Source of the DNA: an uncultured Bacteroidia bacterium
GTDB taxonomy: Bacteria > Bacteroidota > Bacteroidia > Bacteroidales > CAJPTX01
Assembly (NCBI GenBank): GCA_938038735.1
Contig: CALHSW010000029.1
Location: forward strand, 39,829-103,828
Length of the DNA: 64,000 nucleotides
Reading direction: 5' to 3'
A program made the position numbers and the translations under genes. Positions 56,148-64,000 of the stretch are shown here, in pieces (within the stretch, counting starts at the first letter, position 1; every line of letters starts with the position of its first letter). Under the pieces are notes generated by a model. It was not told the DNA's origin, made no database searches, and was given only the letters and a program-made list of their open reading frames with translations.

Positions 56148-56187
56148 GATAAACAAAACGCTCCGTGGCTTCCGCCGCGGAGCGTTT
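56148..56187 (-). terminator. Rho-independent terminator (repeated module, copy 2)
   Basis: The minus strand reads AACGCTCCGCGG-loop-CCACGGAGCGTT followed by TTGTTTATC, 30 nt after the stop at 56216. It shares GATAAACAAAACGCTCCG and CCGCGGAGCG with copy 1. Confidence 0.75.
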
Positions 56188-56215
56188 TAAAAACTACAGT
56201 TATGAAGAGAGTAAG

Positions 56216-57832
56216 TTAAATCGCTGTAGTTGTTTCAATGGTAGGCGAGTCTTGGCTCGATGGTGTCGCCCCTTGCTCAGAGCGCGTTGGGGCTGTGCGA
56301 TTTGCGGGTTTGCTCGGTGGGGCGAGGTAGCCATCGCGCATTTGCCAAACGGATCTTGAAAGATTTTTGCCACGAATGGTGCGTCTTTCGGTGTAGCCTT
56401 CGGCTTTGCTTGCGGCTTTTGGCGTTAACTTAATGAGGGTTCCCTCTGGGAGGTAGATGATGGCGTGGGCATTAAGCGGGATGGGCGAGCTGCGTTTTTT
56501 GAGCGAGGTCTTTATGCTAGCAATCGTCGCGGAGGCTGTGTCGATGGAGGGAGCGTAGAGCTCTTCTAGCGACACTTCGTCTTCGTCTGCAGTTGATAGC
56601 GCTTCGTAGGCAATTCGAATTGACGCGATGCTGTCGTCTGTGCTACGGATGTCAATTCTTGGTGCTATGGAAATATTGAAGGAGGAGTCGGCGCTGCTAT
56701 TGTCAATTCTCCTGAGGTCAATACGCAGCGTGTCGTTGGCGCGCATGGGTATCTCATACTCCGTTTCGCAGCTCGTAATCCGTTTGTTGGCCCTCCAATA
56801 GGTGAAGGGGGTGAGGGTGGCGAGGACGAGTATGCTCGCGATCCAGAAGATGAGCATGGTGACGCTTACCACCTTTGCGATGCGGAACTCAATAAGCATA
56901 CGCATGCCCGCGATGAGGATTGCTGCCAGCGGTACGATACATACCCCCCAGATGGCTATCGCAATGATGTACGGTGAGATGTCCCAGCCGAGGAGCGCAA
57001 TGACTGACCCTATGGTGCTACCGAATAGCTCGTCAGCCAGCGATACATCGCCGATGAGCTTAACGCCAAGCAGCACAGTAATGGCTATTGCTCCTATAGC
57101 CCCCGCAAGAATAAACGCAACACCGAGTATCTTCACAACGAGCTTGACAAGCCCAATGGCAAGGAAGGCGAGAAAATTCCCGAACGATTTCGCAAAGTCG
57201 GATGATCGATTTTTGTTTTTGCCCTTTAGGGTTTCGCGTGCGGCCTGGAAGCTCCGGTTGGCTTCGGCGCGAATGGAGTCAATGGTGATGGGTTTGCCCT
57301 GCATACGGAGTTTTTGGAGGGGGGTTCGGGCTGGCGGCACGGCGGCCCAAAGGACGATGTAGACGATGATGCCAATGCCGTAGCAGAAGGAGCCGAGAAT
57401 AAAGAGGAGCCGAATGAGGGCCGCGTTGGTTCCTAGCCTAGCGGCGATGCCGGCGCATACGCCGCTGATTATTTTGCTATCAACATCACGGTAAAGCCGC
57501 ATGCGGTTTCGTTCCCTTTCGTAGGCTTCCTCGGAGCTTTCCCTGGCGTTGCTGGCGGACTCTCGCTGCTGGTCGGCATCGATGTCCTCGGGTTGCCCCA
57601 GAATGGCTATCACCTCGTTGACAGTGCTTAAAGAAATAGGTTCGTTGCCCTTCTGACGTTCTGAAAGGAGTTCCCCAATGCGGGCCTCGATGGCTTCGTA
57701 CGTCTCCTTCGCCTCGTTCGATTGCCCAAAGCGGTCAATGAGCGCATCCAGGTAGCTGCGCAGGGCGCGGTAGGCATCCTCGGTGAGTTGGTAGGGGTAG
57801 CCGTTGAGGCTAATGGTAATCACGCTTTCCAT
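56216..57832 (-). CDS. PspC domain membrane protein, long form (538 aa)
   Basis: PspC motif LYRDVDSKIISGVCAGIAARLG..LIRLLFIL, multiple TM helices, and a helical N-domain paralogous to the small pspC gene product. Confidence 0.8.
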   Translation of the reverse strand: MESVITISLNGYPYQLTEDAYRALRSYLDALIDRFGQSNEAKETYEAIEARIGELLSERQKGNEPISLSTVNEVIAILGQPEDIDADQQRESASNARESSEEAYERERNRMRLYRDVDSKIISGVCAGIAARLGTNAALIRLLFILGSFCYGIGIIVYIVLWAAVPPARTPLQKLRMQGKPITIDSIRAEANRSFQAARETLKGKNKNRSSDFAKSFGNFLAFLAIGLVKLVVKILGVAFILAGAIGAIAITVLLGVKLIGDVSLADELFGSTIGSVIALLGWDISPYIIAIAIWGVCIVPLAAILIAGMRMLIEFRIAKVVSVTMLIFWIASILVLATLTPFTYWRANKRITSCETEYEIPMRANDTLRIDLRRIDNSSADSSFNISIAPRIDIRSTDDSIASIRIAYEALSTADEDEVSLEELYAPSIDTASATIASIKTSLKKRSSPIPLNAHAIIYLPEGTLIKLTPKAASKAEGYTERRTIRGKNLSRSVWQMRDGYLAPPSKPANRTAPTRSEQGATPSSQDSPTIETTTAI

Positions 57833-57844
57833 TGTATTGTTTCC

Positions 57845-58204
57845 CTATAGGTTTGAGTTGTTGGATTGGTTGTCGGCGGGCTCCGCAATGAGCCGGTCAA
57901 CGGCGGTTACGGTGGATTTCCACGCCTCGGTAAGCAGGGCGAGGTAGGCGCGGCCGGAGTCGGTGAGTTCGTAGTACTTGCGGGGTGGACCCTGCGGCGA
58001 CTCTTCCCAACGGTAGGATAGGTATCCAGCGTTTTTAAGCCGGGTGAGCAGCGGGTATATAGCCCCTTCAACCACAATCATTTCGGCATCTCGCAGCGCA
58101 TTGACAATGTCGTTGGTATATGCGTCTCCCTTGGCGAGTAGCGAGAGGGTGCAAAGCTCAAGCGCGCCTCGCCGCATTTGGGTTTGGATGTTTTCGGTAT
58201 TCAT
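57845..58204 (-). CDS. PadR family transcriptional regulator
   Basis: Y..I...L......VVEGAIYPLLTRLKNAGYLSYRWEE..G.PRKYYELT is the canonical PadR wHTH. Confidence 0.9.
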   Translation of the reverse strand: MNTENIQTQMRRGALELCTLSLLAKGDAYTNDIVNALRDAEMIVVEGAIYPLLTRLKNAGYLSYRWEESPQGPPRKYYELTDSGRAYLALLTEAWKSTVTAVDRLIAEPADNQSNNSNL

Positions 58205-58228
58205 GGAATAGTCCCTTTTGAATCGTGT

Positions 58229-58777
58229 CTACAGTTGAAACTTGTTGAGGTTTTCTGGCGTGACGGGGATGCCACGCATTTCGAGCTTTTGGGCCCGTGT
58301 GCTAGCTTTGGGCGTAATAATCCATAGGATGATGTAAACCCAAAAGCTGGAGAAGGCCACGAAGAGCAGAACAACCGAAATGATGCGAATGAGGACCACA
58401 TCGGCGCGGAAGTAGTATGCTAGACCGCTACACACCCCACCGAATACCCTGTTGTCGGGGTCGCGGTAGAGCTTTTTACGCGGTGCGTAGTAAGCGTTGG
58501 TGCTGCCTTTGGCTTCGCTGTCGATGTCCTGGGCGTTGCCCACGAGGCCGATGACACGTTGCACGTCTGCCATGCTGATGACAAGCCCCTGAGCACCCCG
58601 CCATTCCCAAAGGTGTTCGCCGATGCGATCCTCAATGTCCCGAATGATTTCGTGGCGGTCGGGTTCGTTCTTGTACATGCTGTGTAGGCTATCAAGGTAT
58701 GCTGTTAACTCTTGCCAAGCGTCCTCTTCAACCTGAAAGCTTCTGTGGCCTATGGTGCCTGCGACTGTACGTTTCAT
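58229..58777 (-). CDS. PspC domain membrane protein, short form
   Basis: LYRDPDNRVFGGVCSGLAYYF..LIRIISVVLLFV. ATG 58777 is preferred because the operator and promoter overlap the longer ORF start. Confidence 0.8.
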   Translation of the reverse strand: MKRTVAGTIGHRSFQVEEDAWQELTAYLDSLHSMYKNEPDRHEIIRDIEDRIGEHLWEWRGAQGLVISMADVQRVIGLVGNAQDIDSEAKGSTNAYYAPRKKLYRDPDNRVFGGVCSGLAYYFRADVVLIRIISVVLLFVAFSSFWVYIILWIITPKASTRAQKLEMRGIPVTPENLNKFQL

Positions 58778-58813
58778 GATTTTAACCAAGTTGTGTTTAT
58801 CCTTTAGTACTTT

Positions 58814-58833
58814 CACAGTACAAATATACTGTG
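58814..58833 (-). promoter_or_regulatory. Inverted repeat CACAGTA-N6-TACTGTG overlapping a -7 box (TATATTTG); candidate PadR operator
   Basis: Perfect 7-bp arms. The spacer plus right arm contains CAAATATA, which is TATATTTG on the minus strand. A further TACTGTG half-site lies at 58842-58848. Confidence 0.55.
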
Positions 58834-59092
58834 AGTTTTTGTACTGTGCAACACATAGTACTAAACTGAGTGGTCTAACCAGATGAGAAGATATTGTTAA
58901 GTTGCTGATATGTAGTAAATAGCAAAATTAGTTTTTTGGGGGAGTGGAGCGATTATTTTTTTTGAGACTGCTGCGAGAAGTGCGGTATTGGGTGGGAAGG
59001 TAAATGGTAAAAAAAGCTGTGATACCTTAGTGTGTGAAGAGAGACAAATGGGGAAGAAAGGTTGCCGGGAGGGGGCATTTGCTAAAAATAGC

Positions 59093-59100
59093 TACCTTTG
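59093..59100 (+). promoter_or_regulatory. -7 box TACCTTTG for cobT-cobC
   Basis: Perfect TAnnTTTG match 52 nt upstream of the ATG at 59152. Confidence 0.55.
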
Positions 59101-59151
59101 CATAGGGTAGACAGGTTGAGACATGCGCATGGAAGGAAAAGGTGACGAGGT

Positions 59152-60153
59152 ATGATATATCCATTGAATGAGGGAGAGCAGCAGCGGGAATTGGGGGAGT
59201 CGCTGTTTAGCGTGGCGGAACGCCGTAGGTTGGGGCAGCTGTCTGACTTGGCGGTGCAGTTTGCGCTATTGCAGGGTACTGCGCATCCAGAGCTGCGTAG
59301 CCCACAGCTGTTAATGTTGGCGTCGAGCCATGGGTTTGTGCAGCTACGGTCGGCAGAAGTGGCTGAGCATTCCGCGCTATGCGTGAGGGATTTTGCCACA
59401 GGGAAGCATTTTGTCAATGCACTATGCCGCCGCCATGGGTTTGCGCTGCGCATTGTGGATGCAGGTTTGGCGACTCCTATGGCGGCTGGGCTGGGGGTGA
59501 GTGCCTTTGCGCCCCGGCAAGGCACGAGAGATTTCTTTGTAGAGACAGCCATGCAGCCCGAAGAGTTTCGATGGGTGGAACTGCGGGGGCGGCAGCTGGT
59601 GAACGAGGCGGTAGACACGGGGAGCAACGTGCTGGCGCTGGGGTGCACGGCGTCGGGCGGAAGGGTGTCGGCTGCGCTCCTTGCGGAGCGTATGCAGGGA
59701 ATAGGGCTAGACGTGCTTATGCCTGAAGGCGCAGGATATACCACGTTCTCGCTGGTGAGTCGTGCTGAGTGCCAAAAGCTATTGGATACTACGCCCCGCG
59801 GAGCGGATTGGCGAGAAGAGGTGCTGCGATTCGGTGGATTTGAGCTGGTGATGGCGATGGGGGTGATGCTGCAAGCGGCAGAGCGCAAGGTGGCGGTGAT
59901 GATAGATTCTTTTACTATGCTCGTGGCGTTGATGCTGGCGATGTGCGTGGACCCCCACGTGAAAGACTACGTGGTGCTGGCGCATATGGAGAGCATGCAG
60001 GGCATGGAGCTATTGGCGAAGCGGATCGGAATAGAACCGGTGCTGCGATTAGGGCTGCAGACTACGGAGGGGGTGGGTTGCCTTACCACCTACCCGGTGC
60101 TGGAGGCAGCGGTGCTGCTTTTGTCGCTTCCCAAGGGAGAGGTTGGACGATAA
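59152..60153 (+). CDS. cobT: CobT-family (nicotinate-nucleotide:dimethylbenzimidazole phosphoribosyltransferase-like) protein, divergent
   Basis: Collinear with S. enterica CobT: LGQLSDLAVQFA vs LGRLETLAVQLA, FGGFELVMAMGVML vs VGGFDLVGMTGVML, TEGVG vs GEGSG. The GE(L/M)G(I/M)xNTT loop, however, reads GCTASGGRV. Confidence 0.65.
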   Translation: MIYPLNEGEQQRELGESLFSVAERRRLGQLSDLAVQFALLQGTAHPELRSPQLLMLASSHGFVQLRSAEVAEHSALCVRDFATGKHFVNALCRRHGFALRIVDAGLATPMAAGLGVSAFAPRQGTRDFFVETAMQPEEFRWVELRGRQLVNEAVDTGSNVLALGCTASGGRVSAALLAERMQGIGLDVLMPEGAGYTTFSLVSRAECQKLLDTTPRGADWREEVLRFGGFELVMAMGVMLQAAERKVAVMIDSFTMLVALMLAMCVDPHVKDYVVLAHMESMQGMELLAKRIGIEPVLRLGLQTTEGVGCLTTYPVLEAAVLLLSLPKGEVGR

Positions 60154-60162
60154 GAAAAGAAC

Positions 60163-60702
60163 ATGAGGGTACATTTTGTTAGACATACGGCGGTGGATGT
60201 TCCGAGGGGGATGTGCTACGGACAGACCGATGTGCCGTTGCGGGCGAGCTTTGAAGAGGAGGCGGCGGTGGTGCTATCGAAGGTGGAGAAGCTGTCGCAC
60301 GGGAAGGTTTATACGAGTCCGCTATCGCGTTGCACACGCTTGGCGGCCTACTGTGGTTTCCCTGATGCGGAGCGGGATTTACGTCTGCTGGAGATGAGCT
60401 TTGGGGAGTGGGAGGGGCTTTTTCTCTACGAGATGGTTGATGTTCCGGAGGTGAGGTGGTGGTTTGGGGATCAACTAGGGCGAGATACACCGGGCGGTGA
60501 GTCAATCCATAAGCTGCGCGATCGTCTATTAGGCTTTTTGCGGGAGAAGCAGGCGGCGGGCGAGGATAATTTATTAGTGTTTGCCCATGGGGGTATCCAG
60601 CTCAGCGCAGAAATTATATTGGGGAAGGTGGTAGAGGGGGATCCCTATGCCCATTTACATCCCTACGGGTCTGTGCTGACGTTAGAATTTGGTAAGCTTT
60701 AG
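60163..60702 (+). CDS. cobC: Histidine phosphatase family protein (alpha-ribazole phosphatase-like)
   Basis: MRVHFVRHTAV..GQTDVPL N-terminal RH motif and FAHGG C-terminal His. Lies directly after cobT. Confidence 0.7.
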   Translation: MRVHFVRHTAVDVPRGMCYGQTDVPLRASFEEEAAVVLSKVEKLSHGKVYTSPLSRCTRLAAYCGFPDAERDLRLLEMSFGEWEGLFLYEMVDVPEVRWWFGDQLGRDTPGGESIHKLRDRLLGFLREKQAAGEDNLLVFAHGGIQLSAEIILGKVVEGDPYAHLHPYGSVLTLEFGKL

Positions 60703-60843
60703 CCACAAGGGAGTGGTGGTGCGTTGGGAGGCTGGATGTAAGTTGCTATAGATAAGGAGCACCGCGGCCTGTAGAGAGGGTGTAAGGATAGGGCGAGGTA
60801 TTGTGGCGCGTGCAGGGTCGCCGTTATGTAGTAGATAAAAACG

Positions 60844-60851
60844 TAAATTTG
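60844..60851 (+). promoter_or_regulatory. -7 box TAAATTTG
   Basis: TAnnTTTG match 37 nt upstream of the ATG at 60888. Confidence 0.5.
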
Positions 60852-60887
60852 CGGGCAGTTAGTCAGGCTAGCGAGAGGCACTGAGAT

Positions 60888-61865
60888 ATGGGAAAGTTGT
60901 CAGAGATAGCACGGCCGGTGTCGGCAGAGTTGGCGGAGTTCCGAAGGTACTACCGAGCGGTGCAAGAAGAGGTGCCGAGCTACGCGCTGCGTGTGATTCT
61001 ATGGTATGTGCTGCGCCGTCCGGGGAAGCAGGTACGCCCGCTGCTGGTGTACCTTTCGGCTTCGGCATGCGGGGGTGTGCGAGAGAGCACCAAAGTGGCC
61101 GCGGCGATGATTGAGATGGTGCATAATGCATCGCTGCTGCATGATGACGTGGTGGATGATTCAGCGTTGCGCCGTGGGGCTCCATCGGTGTATAGGCTGT
61201 GGAAGGCGAAGGGAACAGTGCTGGCGGGTGACTACATGCTGGCGGAGGGGCTTCGCCTGGCAGTGCATACCGGGGAGTACCGCCTGTTGGATTTGATGAA
61301 TGAGGCGGTGCAGAAGATGAGCCTTGGGGAGCTGAATCAATTGCGGAACGCGCGGCGGAATGAGTATAGCGTTGCAGAGTATTTCAAAGTTATATCGGGA
61401 AAAACTGCGGCGTTGCTTGCGGCGAGTGCTGCGGCTGGGGCTTTTTCGGCCGGTGCGGACGATGCGACTGTGGAGCAGTTTAGGCTGTTTGGTGAGCGGT
61501 TGGGCATGGCGTTTCAGGTGCGCGATGACATGCTTGATTTCTCTACGAGCAGCGCGGTAGGTAAGTCTGTCGGTAACGATTTGCAGGAAGGGAAGTTTAC
61601 GCTGCCTGTGATATATGCGTTGGAGTCGTTGGAAGGGCGGGAGAGGAATGCCATGGTGTCGCAGTTGCGGCGAGCACGGGGCGATGCGCGTGTGCGGAGC
61701 GAGGTGGCGCGGTTTATAGCGGGGAGCGGGGCGATGCAGCGGACGGCTGCGATGGTACGACAGTTTGTAGAGGAGGGGAAATCTGCGTTGCTGGTAGTGC
61801 CGGATTCAGAGGCGAAGCGTTCGCTCTTTGCGTTGGCCGATTATTTAGTGGAACGAACCAAGTAG
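60888..61865 (+). CDS. Polyprenyl diphosphate synthase (IspB-like long-chain type)
   Basis: First DDxxD LLHDDVVDD and second FQVRDDMLD. Confidence 0.9.
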   Translation: MGKLSEIARPVSAELAEFRRYYRAVQEEVPSYALRVILWYVLRRPGKQVRPLLVYLSASACGGVRESTKVAAAMIEMVHNASLLHDDVVDDSALRRGAPSVYRLWKAKGTVLAGDYMLAEGLRLAVHTGEYRLLDLMNEAVQKMSLGELNQLRNARRNEYSVAEYFKVISGKTAALLAASAAAGAFSAGADDATVEQFRLFGERLGMAFQVRDDMLDFSTSSAVGKSVGNDLQEGKFTLPVIYALESLEGRERNAMVSQLRRARGDARVRSEVARFIAGSGAMQRTAAMVRQFVEEGKSALLVVPDSEAKRSLFALADYLVERTK

Positions 61866-61871
61866 TGCGAG

Positions 61872-62405
61872 ATGACAACGGTAGATATAGTTCTGATTGC
61901 TATTATTGGGCTGTTCGGGGTGTCGGGGTTGCGCCGAGGCTTGCTGTCGCAGGTGGTTTTTGTTGTAGCATTCCTCGTGGGGGTGTGGCTTACCATTCGG
62001 CTGTCGGGGTACGCTAGTAAAATATTTATTCTGCATTTCGGAATGCCGGCGGAGACCACACCGCTGTGGGCGTTCGGGGTTACCTTTGTTGCGGTCGTGG
62101 TAGGGGTATACTTTTTGGCACATCTGCTCAAGGGTACAATGCGTATGATTCGGGTGGCGTGGGTTGACAAGGTGCTCGGGCTGGCATTTGGAATGCTGAA
62201 GGGGGCGTTGCTAGTGAGCGTAGTGATGGCATTGCTCGTGCAGGGAGGTGTTATGGAGAAAATAGTGCCGCCAGCGAAAGCGAAGCGAAGCGTTCTCTAT
62301 GAGCCGGTACGGCGGGTTGCTCCGGGTATCTTTCCGTACTTGAAGGATTTTGGAATGGAGGCGTGGTCTAGAATAGTGCAGGAAAGTAAAGAGGCAGAGT
62401 CCTAG
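61872..62405 (+). CDS. cvpA: CvpA family membrane protein
   Basis: VDIVLIAIIGLFGVSGLRRGLL N-terminus and four TM helices. Confidence 0.75.
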   Translation: MTTVDIVLIAIIGLFGVSGLRRGLLSQVVFVVAFLVGVWLTIRLSGYASKIFILHFGMPAETTPLWAFGVTFVAVVVGVYFLAHLLKGTMRMIRVAWVDKVLGLAFGMLKGALLVSVVMALLVQGGVMEKIVPPAKAKRSVLYEPVRRVAPGIFPYLKDFGMEAWSRIVQESKEAES

Positions 62406-62469
62406 GGGGGAGAATGGTGCGGTTAGAGGGTTGATAAGCATTGGGAAAAGAGAAACAGGAGGCAAAGCG

Positions 62470-62844
62470 ATGGGAGAGATAGCTGTAGAGGGAATGCGTT
62501 TCCATGCGTTTCATGGCTGCTACGAGGAAGAGGCCATCGTGGGGAATGAGTATGAGGTAGATTTGCGGATGCGCTGCGATACGCGACGCGCCGAGGCGAG
62601 CGATGACGTGGCCGACTCCGTGAATTATCAGTTAGCCTACATGGTGGTGGCAGAGCAGATGGCGATACGCTCGCACATCTTGGAGAATGTGTGTCGGAGG
62701 ATACTGGATGCGCTGTTTGAGGAGCTGCCGTTGCTGGAGTGGGCGGAGGTGAAGGTGAGCAAGTTGGCACCAGCTATGGGAGGGGTAGTAAGGGCCACAT
62801 CGGTAACACTGGAGGCGAGGGCGAAGTCTTCGGAATGTGCGTAG
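62470..62844 (+). CDS. folB: Dihydroneopterin aldolase
   Basis: GMRFHAFHGCYEEEAIVGNEYEVDL..NYQL pattern, about 124 aa from ATG 62470. Confidence 0.85.
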   Translation: MGEIAVEGMRFHAFHGCYEEEAIVGNEYEVDLRMRCDTRRAEASDDVADSVNYQLAYMVVAEQMAIRSHILENVCRRILDALFEELPLLEWAEVKVSKLAPAMGGVVRATSVTLEARAKSSECA

Positions 62845-62852
62845 CGGTGGGG

Positions 62853-63329
62853 ATGCGGGTGAGTTTGGTCGTTGTGTCGCCAACGGTGGCAGGGTACATC
62901 CGGGAGGGAGAGGAGGATTACGCTAAGCGTTTGAATCGACTGTGCACCCTCCACCGGGAGGAGGTGCGGGTGCGCAAGGAGTGGGGCAAGCTAGGAGGCG
63001 AGGAGCAGCGCGAAAGGGAGGCGCCCCTCGTGCTGTCGGCATTGGAAGGCAAACGGAATGTGTGGCTGCTCGATGAGGGGGGCGTAATGATGACCTCGGT
63101 GGAATTCTCGCAAATGCTGAGCCACGCAGGAACGCATGGGGGCGGAGAGATTACCTTCGCTATAGGGGGTGCGTACGGTTTTGGAGGTGCAGTTTTGTCA
63201 AGGTACGGAGCGCAGAGGTTGTCCTTGTCGAAGATGACGTTTACCCATCAGATGGTACGATTGATTTTTCTAGAGCAGCTCTACCGAGGGTTTATGATAC
63301 AGAGGGGTAGCCACTACCATCATGAATAG
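62853..63329 (+). CDS. rlmH: 23S rRNA (pseudouridine1915-N3)-methyltransferase
   Basis: 158 aa, ..YAKRL...........LDE.G..M.S.EF...L........ITFAIGGAYGF..........LSLSKMTFTHQM.R..F.EQLYR. The start is ATG 62853. Confidence 0.85.
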   Translation: MRVSLVVVSPTVAGYIREGEEDYAKRLNRLCTLHREEVRVRKEWGKLGGEEQREREAPLVLSALEGKRNVWLLDEGGVMMTSVEFSQMLSHAGTHGGGEITFAIGGAYGFGGAVLSRYGAQRLSLSKMTFTHQMVRLIFLEQLYRGFMIQRGSHYHHE

Positions 63330-63343
63330 CCATAGCATAGACT

Positions 63344-64000
63344 ATGTCGACAAGTAGGCGCGTGCGTAGGTTGGCGGAGTGGAACGCTACGCTGAGTCAA
63401 TTTTTTACCTTTCCTATTACGGTAGGGCAATTCTTGTTGCTTGTCTTGTTGCTTTCGGGCGTGGGGGTGATGCTGTTCGGGCTGTGGAGGCAGGAGCTAG
63501 AGTCGGGGCGTACGAGTTGGGATAGCGTTATGCTAGGGCGTGTAAACATGGATGCGGAGAGTCGTCTGCGTCGGGTGGAGCGGGTGGCGAGCGAGGCGTG
63601 CGCTAAGCTGGAACAGGGAGATACGGCGGGGGCATTTTGCGTGGTGGCGGAGGCGGATGCTAAGGTTTTGGCGAAGGCGCATGGGGTTCTTGTGGGGTTT
63701 AGTGGTGATACGGTGGTGCTTTGGTCTGGCAACTATTCTCGTGCCGTGGAGCAGCCGCTGAGAGAGGGGCAGCAATTGGTACGCATCAATGGGATGCAGT
63801 ACTATATGCGCGCTACGCAGCATGGGAAAATGGTGGTGTATGCTGGGGTTGGCTTACGTAGCGATTATCCAATATTTAACCGCTACCTGCGGTCGGGTTA
63901 CGTTCCATCGCTGTCTTTTTTAGAGGGGCGATCATTGGAGTCGTTTTTCCCCAAAATGGATATGCCAGCACCGAGGGTGCAAGCCGTGTCGTTGCACGGC
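63344..64000 (+). CDS. Membrane-anchored protein of unknown function, 3' end cut by the window edge
   Basis: The frame is open from ATG 63344 to the last base (219 codons). It has one N-terminal TM helix (FPITVGQFLLLVLLLSGVGVMLFGLW) followed by a soluble domain. It is absent from the ORF track because no stop lies within the window. Confidence 0.5.
   Translation, partial: MSTSRRVRRLAEWNATLSQFFTFPITVGQFLLLVLLLSGVGVMLFGLWRQELESGRTSWDSVMLGRVNMDAESRLRRVERVASEACAKLEQGDTAGAFCVVAEADAKVLAKAHGVLVGFSGDTVVLWSGNYSRAVEQPLREGQQLVRINGMQYYMRATQHGKMVVYAGVGLRSDYPIFNRYLRSGYVPSLSFLEGRSLESFFPKMDMPAPRVQAVSLHG

Noticed and set aside
58862-59151. Cobalamin riboswitch upstream of cobT
   Set aside because: There is no B12-box-like element. 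The -7 box at 59093 leaves only a ~45-nt leader.

Overview
This is a 64-kb chromosomal window from a high-GC member of the Bacteroidota, probably Bacteroidales. That placement is inferred from repeated TAnnTTTG -7 promoter boxes, T9SS C-terminal sorting domains, a Bacteroidetes-style tmRNA, and DPP-IV, TonB-receptor and PadR/PspC content. Most of the window is ordinary housekeeping. It includes an M16 peptidase pair, RelA/SpoT, DPP-IV, a flavodiiron protein, RNase Z, RarA, CinA, HU, LptB, ThiE/ThiG, PurS, TlyA, L25-Pth-Hsp15, CobT/CobC, FolB and RlmH. Four RNA genes are supported: tmRNA, a short SRP (4.5S) RNA on the minus strand that no ORF explains, tRNA-Arg(CCG) and tRNA-Pro(CGG). The one clearly accessory stretch is an ~8-kb island at about 31.84-39.96 kb, entirely on the minus strand and partly AT-rich, lying between a SpoU/TrmH methyltransferase gene and a pyrD-like gene. 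The island carries a solitary C5 cytosine methyltransferase and two 5' remnants of a type I hsdR gene. These remnants form a 185-bp direct repeat that brackets a Fic gene and a 42-bp hairpin tandem repeat. The island also has a Bro-N/Fic fusion, a 550-bp ORF-free spacer, and a tightly coupled R-M pair. That pair joins a 623-aa C5 methyltransferase with a large internal insertion to a two-domain MutH/MvaI-like endonuclease whose N-terminal domain is unassigned. Other items worth a second look are a perfect 60-bp palindrome in a 585-bp convergent intergenic gap, a lone wHTH plus nuclease-like gene, a sigma-54 activator without a DNA-binding domain, a pspC-padR-pspC operon with a palindromic operator over its promoter, two near-identical terminator modules, and a CobT homologue with a degenerate active-site loop. 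I found no CRISPR array, transposase, integrase or prophage. All functional calls rest on motif recognition by eye, and no database search was possible.
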